A stretch of 32,000 nucleotides of DNA from Patescibacteria group bacterium (GTDB lineage: Bacteria > Patescibacteriota > UBA1384 > XYA2-FULL-43-10): contig JBAYVT010000001.1 in NCBI GenBank assembly GCA_041674405.1, positions 218,827-250,826 on the forward strand, in the 5' to 3' direction. A program made the translations under genes and the position numbers. Below the pieces are notes generated by a model that was not told the origin of the DNA, ran no database searches, and was given only the letters and a program-made list of their open reading frames with translations. Each line of letters begins with the position of its first letter. Position 1 is the stretch's first letter. Below, piece after piece: positions 1-10,117 of this stretch.

Positions 1-57
1 GCGTGGAGCTCCAATTTGAGATTCGTGGAAAGAGGTACCCCGAAAAGCAGGATGGAC

Positions 58-1224
58 TTAGCCGGCCTTCAGGACCCTAGGCGGGTCATTGGCGAAGTAG
101 TCGGGAGCCTCATTGATCAGGCAGCGAATGCCCGCGTAGTACCATGCTCCATATCGGTATAGCGGTTTCTCACTAATGACGACCTGGTCGTCACCCACAA
201 GATCCGTTATTACTTGCTGAAGCTCTGGCTCCCCTCCACTCATGACCACTCTGCCGTCCGCGGTCTGATAGACGCCCATAGCCAGTGGATGGTGGATTCG
301 TTTGATCCGATGGAACTCGATGCCAGCGCGTATGGCCCGACGACGACACTCACGAAGCGTCGAATCAGGGTTGTACTTTGGCGGTTTTCTCTGTCCCTGG
401 AAGCCAGACCAGATCAAGGGGTCAGCAAGCAGGTGCAAGCCACCTCGACGGTCTTCAATTACGGCGAAGAACCGATCGATGTGGTTGTCGGCGCCATAGC
501 CCATCTTGCTCGCTTGTCCATCCAGGAAGGTAGCTGATACTTCCGGGAGTTCGAGCACTGCCATTCCCAGATCCTTGAGTGGCTGTATCGGCGGCGGTTT
601 GAGCTCATAGCGATCTTCTCCCAACGCCTTCAACGTTTCTGGTCCAGGCATTTCGACCTTGTCGAACACAACTGCCAAAGACTGCCTGAAGAGTATCCGG
701 CCGCCTTCGCCGTAGATACTGTCGACAACGTTGTTCTTTTCCACCCAAGCCGGATCGACGACCCGGCTATGTCGCGGATCGAGCACAGCTTGGAAGCGGT
801 GCCAGCTCAGGTCCATCATCACCGTGCCATTCGGCAGCATGGTCCACAGGTCCCGAGGGAACCCTTGAACCAAGATGTCAATGTCCGGGAAGTTGATGGT
901 CGGGAAAGGGCCACTCTTCATCGCATCGAAATACTGCTGGCCCAGAAGCTCCCTAAAGGCTAGCATCACCATGGGAGTCAAACCTGCCGCAGCCAGCATG
1001 GAATAGATCAGGGCCCATTCTTCCGCAGCTTCCTGAGCCATTCCCCGGAGAATCCCCATGAATTCGGGGTCTTTGGCGGGAAGAGCATAGCTGCGGCCCG
1101 GGACTAAACTGTACCGGGAAAACGTTGGAAGCGGGTACGGCGCAAACCGCTCGTCTTGCCCATACGGTCTCGTCTTGTAGACGTTTGATACGGCAAAATG
1201 CGGCAAGCCATAAACGTGAATCAC
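58..1224 (-). CDS. Hypothetical protein (~388 aa) in a G+C-rich segment; GTG start proposed
   Basis: Long minus ORF 58..1302; an AAAGGAGG Shine-Dalgarno lies 8 nt before an in-frame GTG at 1224..1222. No family recognised; INFPDIDILV is weakly nucleotidyltransferase-like. Confidence 0.7.
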   Translation of the reverse strand: MIHVYGLPHFAVSNVYKTRPYGQDERFAPYPLPTFSRYSLVPGRSYALPAKDPEFMGILRGMAQEAAEEWALIYSMLAAAGLTPMVMLAFRELLGQQYFDAMKSGPFPTINFPDIDILVQGFPRDLWTMLPNGTVMMDLSWHRFQAVLDPRHSRVVDPAWVEKNNVVDSIYGEGGRILFRQSLAVVFDKVEMPGPETLKALGEDRYELKPPPIQPLKDLGMAVLELPEVSATFLDGQASKMGYGADNHIDRFFAVIEDRRGGLHLLADPLIWSGFQGQRKPPKYNPDSTLRECRRRAIRAGIEFHRIKRIHHPLAMGVYQTADGRVVMSGGEPELQQVITDLVGDDQVVISEKPLYRYGAWYYAGIRCLINEAPDYFANDPPRVLKAG

Positions 1225-1380
1225 GCAGATGCCCTCCTTTCGGGCTTCGCTTTGGGATAGTACGGCTACATTTGGATTACCACAATTTTTAGAAAATAGC
1301 AAGGCTGGTTAAGTTCAAAATTATTTACGCTGCGTTTTCCAAAATATTTTATTTATCCACTTCCAAAGCGAAAAAAGTAT

Positions 1381-1409
1381 TTGACAAAAATATTTCATTA
1401 GTGTACAAT
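1381..1409 (+). promoter_or_regulatory. Sigma70-type promoter of the RRM protein gene
   Basis: TTGACA - 17 nt - TACAAT, about 105 nt upstream of the start codon. Confidence 0.8.
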
Positions 1410-1514
1410 ATTACCAAGTTTGAGAGTGTAGGTGTGCTAAGAACTTTCGTTCAAATCCCCCGAGACAATCAAGCGGGTCGATTTAATTATCGCTTAGGAA
1501 AGCGAACTGAAAAC

Positions 1515-1814
1515 ATGGATCAAGAAGTTGAAAAGAGCAACAAGCTCTATGTAGGAAATCTTCCCTACAATGTAGATGATCAGCCTTTCCGTGATGAACA
1601 GCTTAAAGCAATCTTCGCCGAAGCCGGCGAGGTTTCTGAAGCTACCGTTATCACAGAGAGAGAAACTGGTCGTTCTAAAGGGTTCGGATTCGTCACTTAT
1701 GCTGACGAAGCCACAGCCACCAAGGCTTTGGAAGAACTCAATGGAAAAGAAATTGGCGGCAGAGAATTAAGAATTTCTTATGCCCGACCAATGCGCGAGA
1801 GAGAAGACAGATAA
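1515..1814 (+). CDS. RNA-binding protein with single RRM domain
   Basis: KLYVGNLPYNV (RNP2-like) and GRSKGFGFVTY (RNP1). Start at ATG 1515 is more likely than the 1401 start in the track, given the promoter position. Confidence 0.93.
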   Translation: MDQEVEKSNKLYVGNLPYNVDDQPFRDEQLKAIFAEAGEVSEATVITERETGRSKGFGFVTYADEATATKALEELNGKEIGGRELRISYARPMREREDR

Positions 1815-1835
1815 TTTCGTCTACTTGACGCGAAT

Positions 1836-1872
1836 AAAAGCAAAAATCCCCCAAAGGGGGATTTTTGCTTTT
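1836..1872. terminator. Bidirectional intrinsic terminator
   Basis: Perfect 17-bp inverted repeat AAAAGCAAAAATCCCCC-AAA-GGGGGATTTTTGCTTTT. Confidence 0.92.
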
Positions 1873-1994
1873 ATAATTGATTTTTTACGCCCAGTGCGTT
1901 AGTATTGCGGTGCTCGCAGCAAGGCAACTTTCCAGTCCGGATCTGGCCGCCCCTCACGAAAATTCAACCGCCTATGGCGGAGGAGGAGCTGACC

Positions 1995-2348
1995 ATGACA
2001 AAGAGCTGGAGAATATTGCTAGAAGGTTTCGAGGCACTCGAGGAAAAAGTCCATCATGCGTTGTTCGAAGTCGCAGCAGCGCAAGAGGACGCAGATGCGG
2101 GATGGGACTCGTGGCTAGAGTGGGAAGAACTCGCGAAGCAGGTCCGGCGCGCAGCGCACGCCCGGGACCTCTCGATAGACGAGTTTGACTCGCTTTGCCG
2201 CACGGCCCGTCGGTACCAGAACAAGAGAGTGCATGACCTCTGCGTCGCACTCGAGATCGAGAGTTTCGCAGAGGAAGACGGCACCATGATCTGGGAGCAG
2301 TTTTGTGCTTTAGTTGGCAAACTCGAGCACCTGGCGCCAAGCCCGTAG
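1995..2348 (+). CDS. Hypothetical protein (117 aa), acidic, Trp/Glu-rich; G+C-rich cassette
   Basis: ATG 1995 preceded by GGAGGAGG; high G+C coding; followed by GGGCGGTC/GACCGCCC hairpin near 2383..2402. Confidence 0.6.
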   Translation: MTKSWRILLEGFEALEEKVHHALFEVAAAQEDADAGWDSWLEWEELAKQVRRAAHARDLSIDEFDSLCRTARRYQNKRVHDLCVALEIESFAEEDGTMIWEQFCALVGKLEHLAPSP

Positions 2349-2417
2349 GGAGCTCCGAGCCTTCAACGAGCGAGTCGGGCGGTCTGATGCATGGACCGCC
2401 CACAATTTATTTTAGAC

Positions 2418-3185
2418 CTATTTCTTTAAGTTCTCACTCGACATAAACTTTTTGATGTCATTGATCGTAGACATGAATTGGGCAGGAAAAATGATCGTGG
2501 AATTTTTCTCTGTCGAAATTTCAGATAGGACTTGAAGGTTTCGAAGCTGCAGTGCAATTGGGTGTTTATTGATAATATCAGCAGCTTTACCAAGTTTGTC
2601 CGCCGATTGAAATTCGCCTTCGGCAGCGATAATTTTTGCTCTTTTCTCCCTTTCAGCTTCTGCCTGTTTTGCCATCGCTCTCTGCATCGTATCAGGAAGT
2701 TGAATATCTTTGATCTCAACAGTTGTTACAATCACGCCCCAAGCTTCTGTATGGCTATCGATAATTTTTTTGATTTTTTGGTTAATTTTGTCCGTGTCAG
2801 AAAGAACCTCATCAAGTGAAAATTGGCCCACGATATTTCTCACGGTCGTTTGGGCAATCTGGTTTACCGCCGCATAAACATTTTGGACGGCAACGATCGA
2901 TTTGGTTGCATCTACCACATGGTAATAAGCCACGGCTGCCACATCAATCGAAACATTATCGCGCGTGATAATTTTCTGGGATTGAACCGGCATTGTAATT
3001 ATCTGTAGAGAAATTTTGTAAAGTCGATCAATAATCGGAATAATCATCCGAATTCCTGGCTCTTTTTCTCCTATCACCCGCCCAAGCCTAAACCAGACTC
3101 CCCGTTCATATTGCTGAACTACCCGCAATGCCGCAGCGATTAATATCACCGCAATCCCGATCACATACCACCATACTATGCTCAT
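2418..3185 (-). CDS. Slipin / stomatin-like SPFH (band 7) membrane protein
   Basis: N-terminal TM helix, [72 protein letters not shown]. Confidence 0.95.
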   Translation of the reverse strand: MSIVWWYVIGIAVILIAAALRVVQQYERGVWFRLGRVIGEKEPGIRMIIPIIDRLYKISLQIITMPVQSQKIITRDNVSIDVAAVAYYHVVDATKSIVAVQNVYAAVNQIAQTTVRNIVGQFSLDEVLSDTDKINQKIKKIIDSHTEAWGVIVTTVEIKDIQLPDTMQRAMAKQAEAEREKRAKIIAAEGEFQSADKLGKAADIINKHPIALQLRNLQVLSEISTEKNSTIIFPAQFMSTINDIKKFMSSENLKK

Positions 3186-3303
3186 TTTTTCCTTTCGTTA
3201 TTGATTAAAATGTAGTGCTAGTTTAGAAAAATTGCAATAGGCAGGACAACTAGAACAATCGCTTCGGCTTGGGTATAATACGGAAAGACAAAAGAAAGGA
3301 ATT

Positions 3304-4236
3304 ATGGCGAAAGTAATCGAAGTAAAAAATTTGTCCAAAAAGTACGGACCGCTTGTTGCGGTTGATGGAATCAATTTTAGTGTTGAAAAGGGTGAAATTT
3401 TTGGTCTTTTGGGTGAAAATGGAGCCGGTAAGACGACAACACTTGAGATGATTGAGGGGTTAAGGAAACCATCTAGCGGAGAAATCAAAGTGCTTGGCCA
3501 TGATTCGCAGAGTGAAATTGCCGAGATTAAGAATAGGATTGGAGTCCAGCTCCAGTCATCAGCATATTTCAGCTTTTTAAATCTAAGAGAAATTCTTGAT
3601 CTTTTTGGTGGGTTTTATCCGAAGAGAATCGCCACGGATGAGCTTCTTTCCATGGTCCGGCTCAGGGAAAAATCAAAAGACTTCGTCGGCAACCTCTCTG
3701 GCGGACAGAAGCAAAGATTCTCGATTATTGCTAGCCTCATAAATGATCCCGATGTGGTTTTTCTTGATGAGCCAACCACCGGCCTCGACCCTCTGGCGCG
3801 CCGAAACCTCTGGGATATTATTCTGAAAATCAAGTCGCAAGGAAAAACAATAATTCTGACCACTCATTACATGGAGGAAGCAGAAAAACTTTGCGACCGA
3901 ATTGCAATCATGGAGAGAGGAAAAATTCTCGCTATTGGCACGGTCCACGAACTCATCTTGAAGGTAAATAATCCATTCAGAATTCAATTTGTCGCCGCTG
4001 GTATTCCAGCAAACATTGAAAAAAACATTCGCGGATGCTGTGGAGAATTCGTGAAATTCGATGGCAAAACTGACCATTACGAGTTGCAGCTTAAAAATCG
4101 CAAGGATTTAAAAACTGCTCTATCAGAGATTGAAAAAATAAATTACGAAGATTTACTGGTAACGCGAGCATCACTTGAAGAATTATTTATCGAGCTTACA
4201 GGAAAAGCGATTGAGGACGAGGAGGCAAATGCTTAG
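3304..4236 (+). CDS. ABC transporter ATP-binding protein (ABC-2 / daunorubicin-resistance type)
   Basis: Walker A GENGAGKTT, signature NLSGGQKQRFSI, Walker B PDVVFLDEPTTGLDP. Confidence 0.97.
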   Translation: MAKVIEVKNLSKKYGPLVAVDGINFSVEKGEIFGLLGENGAGKTTTLEMIEGLRKPSSGEIKVLGHDSQSEIAEIKNRIGVQLQSSAYFSFLNLREILDLFGGFYPKRIATDELLSMVRLREKSKDFVGNLSGGQKQRFSIIASLINDPDVVFLDEPTTGLDPLARRNLWDIILKIKSQGKTIILTTHYMEEAEKLCDRIAIMERGKILAIGTVHELILKVNNPFRIQFVAAGIPANIEKNIRGCCGEFVKFDGKTDHYELQLKNRKDLKTALSEIEKINYEDLLVTRASLEELFIELTGKAIEDEEANA

Positions 4237-5311
4237 ATTATTTATCGCAGACCTGAAAATGCTGGTCCGGAATCGACAGGCGCTTTTTTGGAGCTTGATG
4301 TTTCCGCTGATGTTTACAATAATTTTTGGCTTCTTTTTTGGCGGGTCAACCATCGCCGGCACAATTGGCTTGATCAACAATTCGAACACACAGATAGCGC
4401 AGGGTCTAGTTTCTGCACTCAAGGGAACCGACTTACTCAAAGTCCAGGACGAGAGCGATTTGAACACAGCCAAAGATTTGATCAAGAAAAACACAATTTC
4501 TGCGGTCGTCGTGATTCCTCAAGGTTTTGGGGATATCACCCCCGATTCACCAAGACAAGTTGATGTTATTTACGACCCCGGATCGCAACAGCTTGTGGCA
4601 ATTATTAATTCTTTTCTGAATACTTATCTTACCAATGTAAATTATTCCGTTCAGAATGCTAAACCGATTTTTTCCGTTAATGCCCAGGCAATAAATTCGG
4701 AGAGAAAGTTAAATTACTTCGATTTTGTTCTTGCTGGAATCCTCGGGATGGCAATCATGCAATCCTCCATTATCGGCGTTTCTATTGCCATCAGCACTTA
4801 CAGGCAGGAAAAAATACTAAAGCGCATAACCACCACCCCGATTAAGACATGGCAATTTATCATCGCCGAAGTTTTATCGCGTTTAGTGGTAAATTTAATT
4901 CAAGTTGCCCTCGTTCTGGCGCTTGGCGTTTATGCATTTCACGGACATATTTATGGAAATATCTTCGAAATTTTCGGCATCGCTCTTTTGGGTGCCCTTC
5001 TATTTCAGATGATCGGTTTTGTGGTTGCCAGCTTTGCCAAAACCGCCGATGCGGCGCAAGGGATGGCAACCGCTATCGGAATCCCGATGATGTTTCTAGC
5101 CGGCGTATTTTTTCCGATCGATTCTTTGCCCAAGTGGCTTTACTCTGTTGTCCAATATCTGCCACTTGCACCACTTCTCAGAATCCTGCGCACTGTGGCC
5201 CTTGAAGCTGGCTCGGCTTTTCAAAACCCAGTGAATATGGCAATCGTCGGTGCCTGGATTGTCGTATGTTTGGCACTTTCGCTCTGGAGATTTCGCCTAT
5301 CAGAAGAATAG
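4229..5311 (+). CDS. ABC-2 type transporter permease
   Basis: Overlaps the upstream ATPase gene by 8 nt (ATG at 4229); MLVRNRQALFWSLMFPLMFTIIFGFFFGG and C-terminal TM helices. Confidence 0.93.
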   Translation: MLRLFIADLKMLVRNRQALFWSLMFPLMFTIIFGFFFGGSTIAGTIGLINNSNTQIAQGLVSALKGTDLLKVQDESDLNTAKDLIKKNTISAVVVIPQGFGDITPDSPRQVDVIYDPGSQQLVAIINSFLNTYLTNVNYSVQNAKPIFSVNAQAINSERKLNYFDFVLAGILGMAIMQSSIIGVSIAISTYRQEKILKRITTTPIKTWQFIIAEVLSRLVVNLIQVALVLALGVYAFHGHIYGNIFEIFGIALLGALLFQMIGFVVASFAKTADAAQGMATAIGIPMMFLAGVFFPIDSLPKWLYSVVQYLPLAPLLRILRTVALEAGSAFQNPVNMAIVGAWIVVCLALSLWRFRLSEE

Positions 5312-5410
5312 TGGACAAATGGGCTATTGCCGAGCCCTACAAAATGATATGATATATATGGTGAATTGTGAAATTTGCCATTTGAAATATTTAGTGAGGA
5401 GGATACCACA

Positions 5411-5614
5411 ATGGATCCAGAAGAGACACAAGAAGAAACAACCCCTGTTGAGGGTGGCGAAGCTGAAGGCACTGAGGCTCCAGCAGCACCAGAAGCGAAT
5501 GCAGAAGGTGGAGAAGAATCAGAACTCGGTGCACCAGCCGACGAAGAAGCTCCAAAAGCTCCAGAGACGGGAGCCGAAGGCGAAAGTGAAGAAGAACCAC
5601 CAGCCACAGAGTAA
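5411..5614 (+). CDS. Small highly acidic, low-complexity protein
   Basis: ATG 5411 after AGTGAGGAGG; MDPEETQEETTPVEGGEAEGTEAP... no domain. Confidence 0.5.
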   Translation: MDPEETQEETTPVEGGEAEGTEAPAAPEANAEGGEESELGAPADEEAPKAPETGAEGESEEEPPATE

Positions 5615-5624
5615 TTCAATTGAA

Positions 5625-5664
5625 CAATAAGAAAAATCAGGCCTTGGCCTGATTTTTCTTATTG
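5625..5664. terminator. Bidirectional intrinsic terminator between convergent genes
   Basis: Perfect 19-bp inverted repeat CAATAAGAAAAATCAGGCC-TT-GGCCTGATTTTTCTTATTG. Confidence 0.93.
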
Positions 5665-5674
5665 TAAATATAAT

Positions 5675-6304
5675 TTATTCTGCGCTTGTATCTGTTGATA
5701 TTTTGGAAACGACCACATCAAACATGTGTGTTCCGGAGGAAACAATATACATCGAAATATCGCCTTTATCAAAATATGCACTGAACGAATCGCTTGTGTT
5801 GTAGTTCGCCGTTTTGGTATAGCCGGCATTTACAAAAGCATTTTCTATGTCTGAATATTTTGAGGCATTGACTTCATTTTTTGTAGTATAATACAGCGTT
5901 GCACTATCCGTTGCCGATGACCAAAGCGAAAGTTTTGCTCCGCCAAACAAATTGGTAAGTATTGGCTTGATTTCCGCATTAACAGAAATCGACAAGGAAT
6001 CAGACGGAGTAACTTCTTGAACCTGTGAATAATCATTGGTATCAGTGCCAATATTTGTAGTGTCAGTGTTCACACCGGTGGTGTCTTTGATCACATCCGA
6101 CACTGCATTGTGGACTCTATTTTTGACAAAACGATAAATTCCATAACTAATTCCGCCACCCACAACTACAAGGACGAGTACCACAATCAGGATAATCAAT
6201 CCTACATTTGTTTTTTTCTTGGCTGGTGCGGCCTGTGTCGGCTGCGGCGCTGCCGTTTGCGCTGGTGCTGGCGCCTCAGGAGTATTTTTTTGATCCTCTG
6301 GCAT
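5675..6304 (-). CDS. Membrane-anchored hypothetical protein with Pro/Ala/Gln-rich N-terminus and one TM helix
   Basis: TM segment NVGLIILIVVLVLVVVGGGISYGIY; extracytoplasmic C-terminal domain. Confidence 0.75.
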   Translation of the reverse strand: MPEDQKNTPEAPAPAQTAAPQPTQAAPAKKKTNVGLIILIVVLVLVVVGGGISYGIYRFVKNRVHNAVSDVIKDTTGVNTDTTNIGTDTNDYSQVQEVTPSDSLSISVNAEIKPILTNLFGGAKLSLWSSATDSATLYYTTKNEVNASKYSDIENAFVNAGYTKTANYNTSDSFSAYFDKGDISMYIVSSGTHMFDVVVSKISTDTSAE

Positions 6305-6532
6305 AAACCCTCCATATTCCTTTTGGAATTTAGTTCTAAATATTATTACACAGGATTATTTTACCCCCATTTTATAAAGATTCAAAGTTTTTATTAGAAA
6401 TTATAATGCAACATCTTTGTTGATCGGCTAAGATTCTGATAGCGTTAAACAAAAAATTAAATGATTTTATTTTCAGTTTTAATTTTTGATTCCGAAGGGA
6501 CCCCTTTGGGGCTTTGATTTAGATGAGGTGCC

Positions 6533-6976
6533 ATGATTATTACCAGCCCCGATTTTCAAGAAGGAGAAAAAATTCCAGAAATATATACCTGTGACGGCAA
6601 CGATATTGCGCCGGATATCATTGTTGATGATGTCCCAGATGAGGCAAAAAGTTTAGCATTAATTATGGATGATCCCGATGCCCCGATGCATACTTGGACT
6701 CATTGGATTGCTTGGAACATTCCTCCCGGGACGAAAAAAATCAAAGAAGGAATGACACCCGAAGGCACAATTGAGGGAATAACTTCTGCTGGTAATGCCG
6801 GATACCACGGCCCTTGCCCAACCGAAGGAGAGCATAGATATTTTTTTCGATTCTATGCGCTGGATACGATGCTGAAAATATCTGAAGAATCAGATCGGCA
6901 CAAGGTTGAACAAGCCATGTCTGGCCATATTATCGAAACATCGGATCTGATGGGGCTGTATGAAAAAGAAGACTAA
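6533..6976 (+). CDS. YbhB/YbcL family Raf kinase inhibitor-like protein (PEBP)
   Basis: YTCDGNDIAPDI, LIMDDPDAPMHTWTHWIAWNIPP, YHGPCPTEGEHRYFFRFYALD. Confidence 0.95.
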   Translation: MIITSPDFQEGEKIPEIYTCDGNDIAPDIIVDDVPDEAKSLALIMDDPDAPMHTWTHWIAWNIPPGTKKIKEGMTPEGTIEGITSAGNAGYHGPCPTEGEHRYFFRFYALDTMLKISEESDRHKVEQAMSGHIIETSDLMGLYEKED

Positions 6977-6981
6977 GCGTT

Positions 6982-7293
6982 TTACACAACTGCAATTACA
7001 AATAATGCAATTAATGTAATGATTGCAACGAAGAGAACGGTATAAAGAAGAAGGCTTATGGCTTCTTTTTTCTTACCATCAAAGTAAAGCATAAGCGGTT
7101 TTCCTACCGATAATATGCCCACGACTAGAGCCGAAAGCACAAAAACCATGAGAAATGTGGCACTTCCGATTATCGAATTCATTTTCCCGAAAATCTTTTC
7201 ACCATTATTAAGAAATAACACAACCAGAACTACATACGCTGCAATACCAATTGCGTTGATAACGCCTCTCCACATTAGGCTCAAATTTTTCAT
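6982..7293 (-). CDS. Small multi-TM membrane protein
   Basis: Three to four predicted TM helices, 103 aa. Confidence 0.75.
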   Translation of the reverse strand: MKNLSLMWRGVINAIGIAAYVVLVVLFLNNGEKIFGKMNSIIGSATFLMVFVLSALVVGILSVGKPLMLYFDGKKKEAISLLLYTVLFVAIITLIALFVIAVV

Positions 7294-7358
7294 TTAATCT
7301 CCTTTTTAATAGTAATCGATATTATAGCACAGCTTGAAATTAGTGCTAAGATAATTGT

Positions 7359-7616
7359 ATGAATAATGGCGACAAAAAAACAAAAGGCAAATTTGTTTAT
7401 GTTTTAATACAAGTTCTAGGTGTTTTTTTGTTAATTCTGGGAGTACTGGGAATATTACTCCCGATATTACCCGGTTGGCCATTGATTTTTTTTGGGCTCT
7501 TGATTTTGGGAGCAGATGTTGCATTTCGTGACCGCATAATCAACATATTTCCCGAAAGGTTTCGTCCTGTAATTCGCCATCATGCAGACAAAATATATGC
7601 AAAAAAACACAAATAA
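7359..7616 (+). CDS. PGPGW-like small transmembrane protein
   Basis: VLGVFLLILGVLGILLPILPGWPLIFFGLLIL. Confidence 0.7.
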   Translation: MNNGDKKTKGKFVYVLIQVLGVFLLILGVLGILLPILPGWPLIFFGLLILGADVAFRDRIINIFPERFRPVIRHHADKIYAKKHK

Positions 7617-8238
7617 TAAACCAACTTTTGAAATTGAAAAACATTTTCAGGAGCAAGGTTTCGAACTTGTCGCTGGGGCTGACGAAGTCGGAAGAGGAGC
7701 CCTTGCTGGTCCAATTTTTGCCGCAGCGGCAATTTTTGATATTGAAAAAAACTTTCGCGGAATCCGAAAAATTAAAGATTCGAAATTGTTGAAAGCAAAA
7801 GAAAGAGAAGAAATCCTGAAATATATACGAAAAAATGTGATCGATTCGGCAATAGGGTCAGCATCTGTCGAGGAGATTAACAAACATGGAATTGGTGCGG
7901 CAAATATCATGGCTTTCAAGCGCGCTCTCGATAATTTAAAAAGTGTTGATTTTGCCATCATTGACGGGCGGCAATTTCGAGGTTTCGCATATAAATATTT
8001 TTGTGTGGAGAAGGGTGATAATAAATCAATTTCGATAGCTGCAGCCTCGATAATTGCCAAAGTCGAGAGAGACAAATTGATGAGCGAATTAGACCCGAGT
8101 GATATATATGGTTTCAAAAATAATAAGGGCTACGGCGCCAAAAAACATCAAGAAGCCTTGAAATCTCATGGCCCAAGCGAACACCACAGAACTCAATTCA
8201 TACGCGGGATTCTGAATTCTGATCCGAAATTGTTTTGA
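7582..8238 (+). CDS. rnhB: Ribonuclease HII
   Basis: ELVAGADEVGRGALAGPIFAAA, DGRQFRG, AAASIIAKVERD, YGFKNNKGYGAKKH. Overlaps the preceding gene; the true start may be ATG 7582 or slightly downstream. Confidence 0.96.
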   Translation: MQTKYMQKNTNNKPTFEIEKHFQEQGFELVAGADEVGRGALAGPIFAAAAIFDIEKNFRGIRKIKDSKLLKAKEREEILKYIRKNVIDSAIGSASVEEINKHGIGAANIMAFKRALDNLKSVDFAIIDGRQFRGFAYKYFCVEKGDNKSISIAAASIIAKVERDKLMSELDPSDIYGFKNNKGYGAKKHQEALKSHGPSEHHRTQFIRGILNSDPKLF

Positions 8239-8262
8239 ATAGTACAAACTTAATTATCATTT

Positions 8263-9132
8263 TCATTTCTGTCCAGTTATCACTGTTCCTGTGCGTTCTT
8301 CGAAAAACTCATCATTTGGGTTTATTTTTAATAGTTCTTCCTTAAGCTCATCGTCAAAATTTTTGAGATTATTGCCAAAAAGTTCCGGGGCGGCGTAAGA
8401 ATAGCTATGTTGTTCTTGGGCAATCTCGCTTGACGCGACCTTGATCTTTGGAAACTTTAAGTGTTCGTAGCGAACGTTTTCGAAGCCTATTTCTTCCAGG
8501 ATTTTCGGATAATCTTTTGTCTTAACACTAGGAAATGAACCGCTCGATGTTCGCCTCTCTTCACCAAGATATTTTTTAATAATTTCGATTGTTTTCTGCT
8601 GCCAGACCTCTGGTGTATTTTGCCAAATTGTTGAGACTCCGGTTATACCGACACAACCTCCGGGAGCCAGAATTGTATAGGCAAATTCAAGCATTCTTTT
8701 GTAATCCATCCAGTGGAGCGAATTGCCAAAGGTCACTGCCTGAAATTCTCCGATTGTATCGCTTAAATCTTCTCCGTTTGCACAAAGCCAATCGATATTC
8801 TCTGCTTTCCTTTCGGTAGCCAGAATTTTGCCCTCGTCGATCATTTCCCTGCTTGGCTCAACGGCAACTACCCGATTAAAATAATGGCTTAAAGGGATAG
8901 CAAGAGTGCCCGGGCCAGCGCCGATGTCAAGCAAATCGCCCTTTTTGTCAGGCAGGTTCGCGACAATAAGATCGATAACCTCTTTGGGATATTGCGGGCG
9001 ATATTTGTAATATTTTGATGAGCCCTTAAAAACATCCATTTGCGTCCTGTTCGTTATTTGCTGCATACTATCATAGCCAAAAAATCCTAAACACTGATCC
9101 AAAGTTGTTCTAATAATCGATTCAGATAACAC
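8263..9132 (-). CDS. Class I SAM-dependent methyltransferase
   Basis: DLLDIGAGPGTLAIPLSHYFNRVVAVEPSREM, SLHWMDY. Confidence 0.92.
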   Translation of the reverse strand: MLSESIIRTTLDQCLGFFGYDSMQQITNRTQMDVFKGSSKYYKYRPQYPKEVIDLIVANLPDKKGDLLDIGAGPGTLAIPLSHYFNRVVAVEPSREMIDEGKILATERKAENIDWLCANGEDLSDTIGEFQAVTFGNSLHWMDYKRMLEFAYTILAPGGCVGITGVSTIWQNTPEVWQQKTIEIIKKYLGEERRTSSGSFPSVKTKDYPKILEEIGFENVRYEHLKFPKIKVASSEIAQEQHSYSYAAPELFGNNLKNFDDELKEELLKINPNDEFFEERTGTVITGQK

Positions 9133-9143
9133 GAATGATTTCT

Positions 9144-9305
9144 CTAATACAAATCTTGAATTTTGTTCTGTAGTTCTTGAATTTTAATAGCGATTCGGTC
9201 TTTCTGAACTTTTTTAAGATCAGGTCCGTATTTAACAACGAATCGTTCTATTCTGGCCAGTGCCTCCAGAGTCTTTACTACCGTTTTTTCTAGTTTTTCT
9301 TCCAT
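9144..9305 (-). CDS. Small coiled-coil-like hypothetical protein (53 aa)
   Basis: MEEKLEKTVVKTLEALARIERFVVKYG...; a TATAAT lies 5 nt upstream of this ATG, so either a leaderless transcript or a mis-assigned start. Confidence 0.4.
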   Translation of the reverse strand: MEEKLEKTVVKTLEALARIERFVVKYGPDLKKVQKDRIAIKIQELQNKIQDLY

Positions 9306-9448
9306 GCCCGGATTATAGCACGAAAAATGATCGAAAAAGATCCCTTCCGAATCCCATATTATTGCAAGACCAGGAAAAACAACCACCAAAAGTCGGAGAA
9401 AAAAAGATGGCGATATTATTATGATAGAAATAAGTTTATGATTAAATC

Positions 9449-10117
9449 ATGGAATCAGTAATCATAGCAGACAATTTAATAAAGATTTACCATTCAAGCA
9501 CCAACAATGTCAAAGCTTTAGATAAAGTGTCTCTTGAAATTTCGAGTGGTGAGTTTTTGATGATTACTGGCAGAAATGGCTCTGGAAAATCAACGCTTCT
9601 TCATCAATTAGCTTTATTAGATGAATATGATAGCGGCGAAATAATTATTAACAATCAAAAAACCTCCCACCTTTCGGAAAGAAAACGTATGGATTTGCGG
9701 CTCAGGGGGCTGGGCTATATCTTCCAGGAATACGCCTTGATCGGTGAACTTTCGGCACTGGAAAATGTAATGCTTCCGGCAATGATGCTGGAATCAAGCA
9801 AGGAAGCAAAGGCTAAGGCTTTCGAAATATTGGAAAAAGTTGATTTGAGAGAAAAATGCTTTCGGCTTCCATCAGAGCTTTCTGGCGGCGAACAACAAAG
9901 AGTCGCGATCGCTCGTTCGCTCATAAATAGCCCAAAGATTATTTTTGCCGACGAACCAACAGCAAATCTGGATTCGACCTCTTCAAAAAAAGTATTGGAA
10001 ATTTTTAAATCTTTAAATAAGAAAGATGATATTACTATTGTAATGGTTACTCATGAACCGGAGGAGTTGGCTTATGCCAGCCGTCATATTCAATTAGCAG
10101 ACGGAAGGATAGTATGA
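9449..10117 (+). CDS. ABC transporter ATP-binding protein (LolD/MacB type)
   Basis: GRNGSGKSTLLHQLALLDEYDSG, LSGGEQQRVAIARSL, IIFADEPTANLDS. Confidence 0.96.
   Translation: MESVIIADNLIKIYHSSTNNVKALDKVSLEISSGEFLMITGRNGSGKSTLLHQLALLDEYDSGEIIINNQKTSHLSERKRMDLRLRGLGYIFQEYALIGELSALENVMLPAMMLESSKEAKAKAFEILEKVDLREKCFRLPSELSGGEQQRVAIARSLINSPKIIFADEPTANLDSTSSKKVLEIFKSLNKKDDITIVMVTHEPEELAYASRHIQLADGRIV

Noticed and set aside
1345-1353. TTATCCACT as a DnaA box and possible replication origin
   Set aside because: Single near-match (one mismatch) with no cluster of boxes or dnaA/dnaN gene nearby.
1972-2403. Minus-strand 143-aa ORF and plus 103-aa ORF overlapping the 117-aa cassette gene
   Set aside because: Arg/Pro/Ser-rich shadow translations of G+C-rich DNA without an obvious RBS.
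1866-2420. Possible direct repeats around the 117-aa cassette (ATAATTGATTTTTTACG versus ACAATTTATTTTAGACC)
   Set aside because: Only about 12 of 17 positions match in A+T-rich sequence; not distinguishable from chance.
7306-7524. Minus-strand 72-aa ORF
   Set aside because: Overlaps the start of a credible plus-strand membrane protein gene and has no recognisable features.
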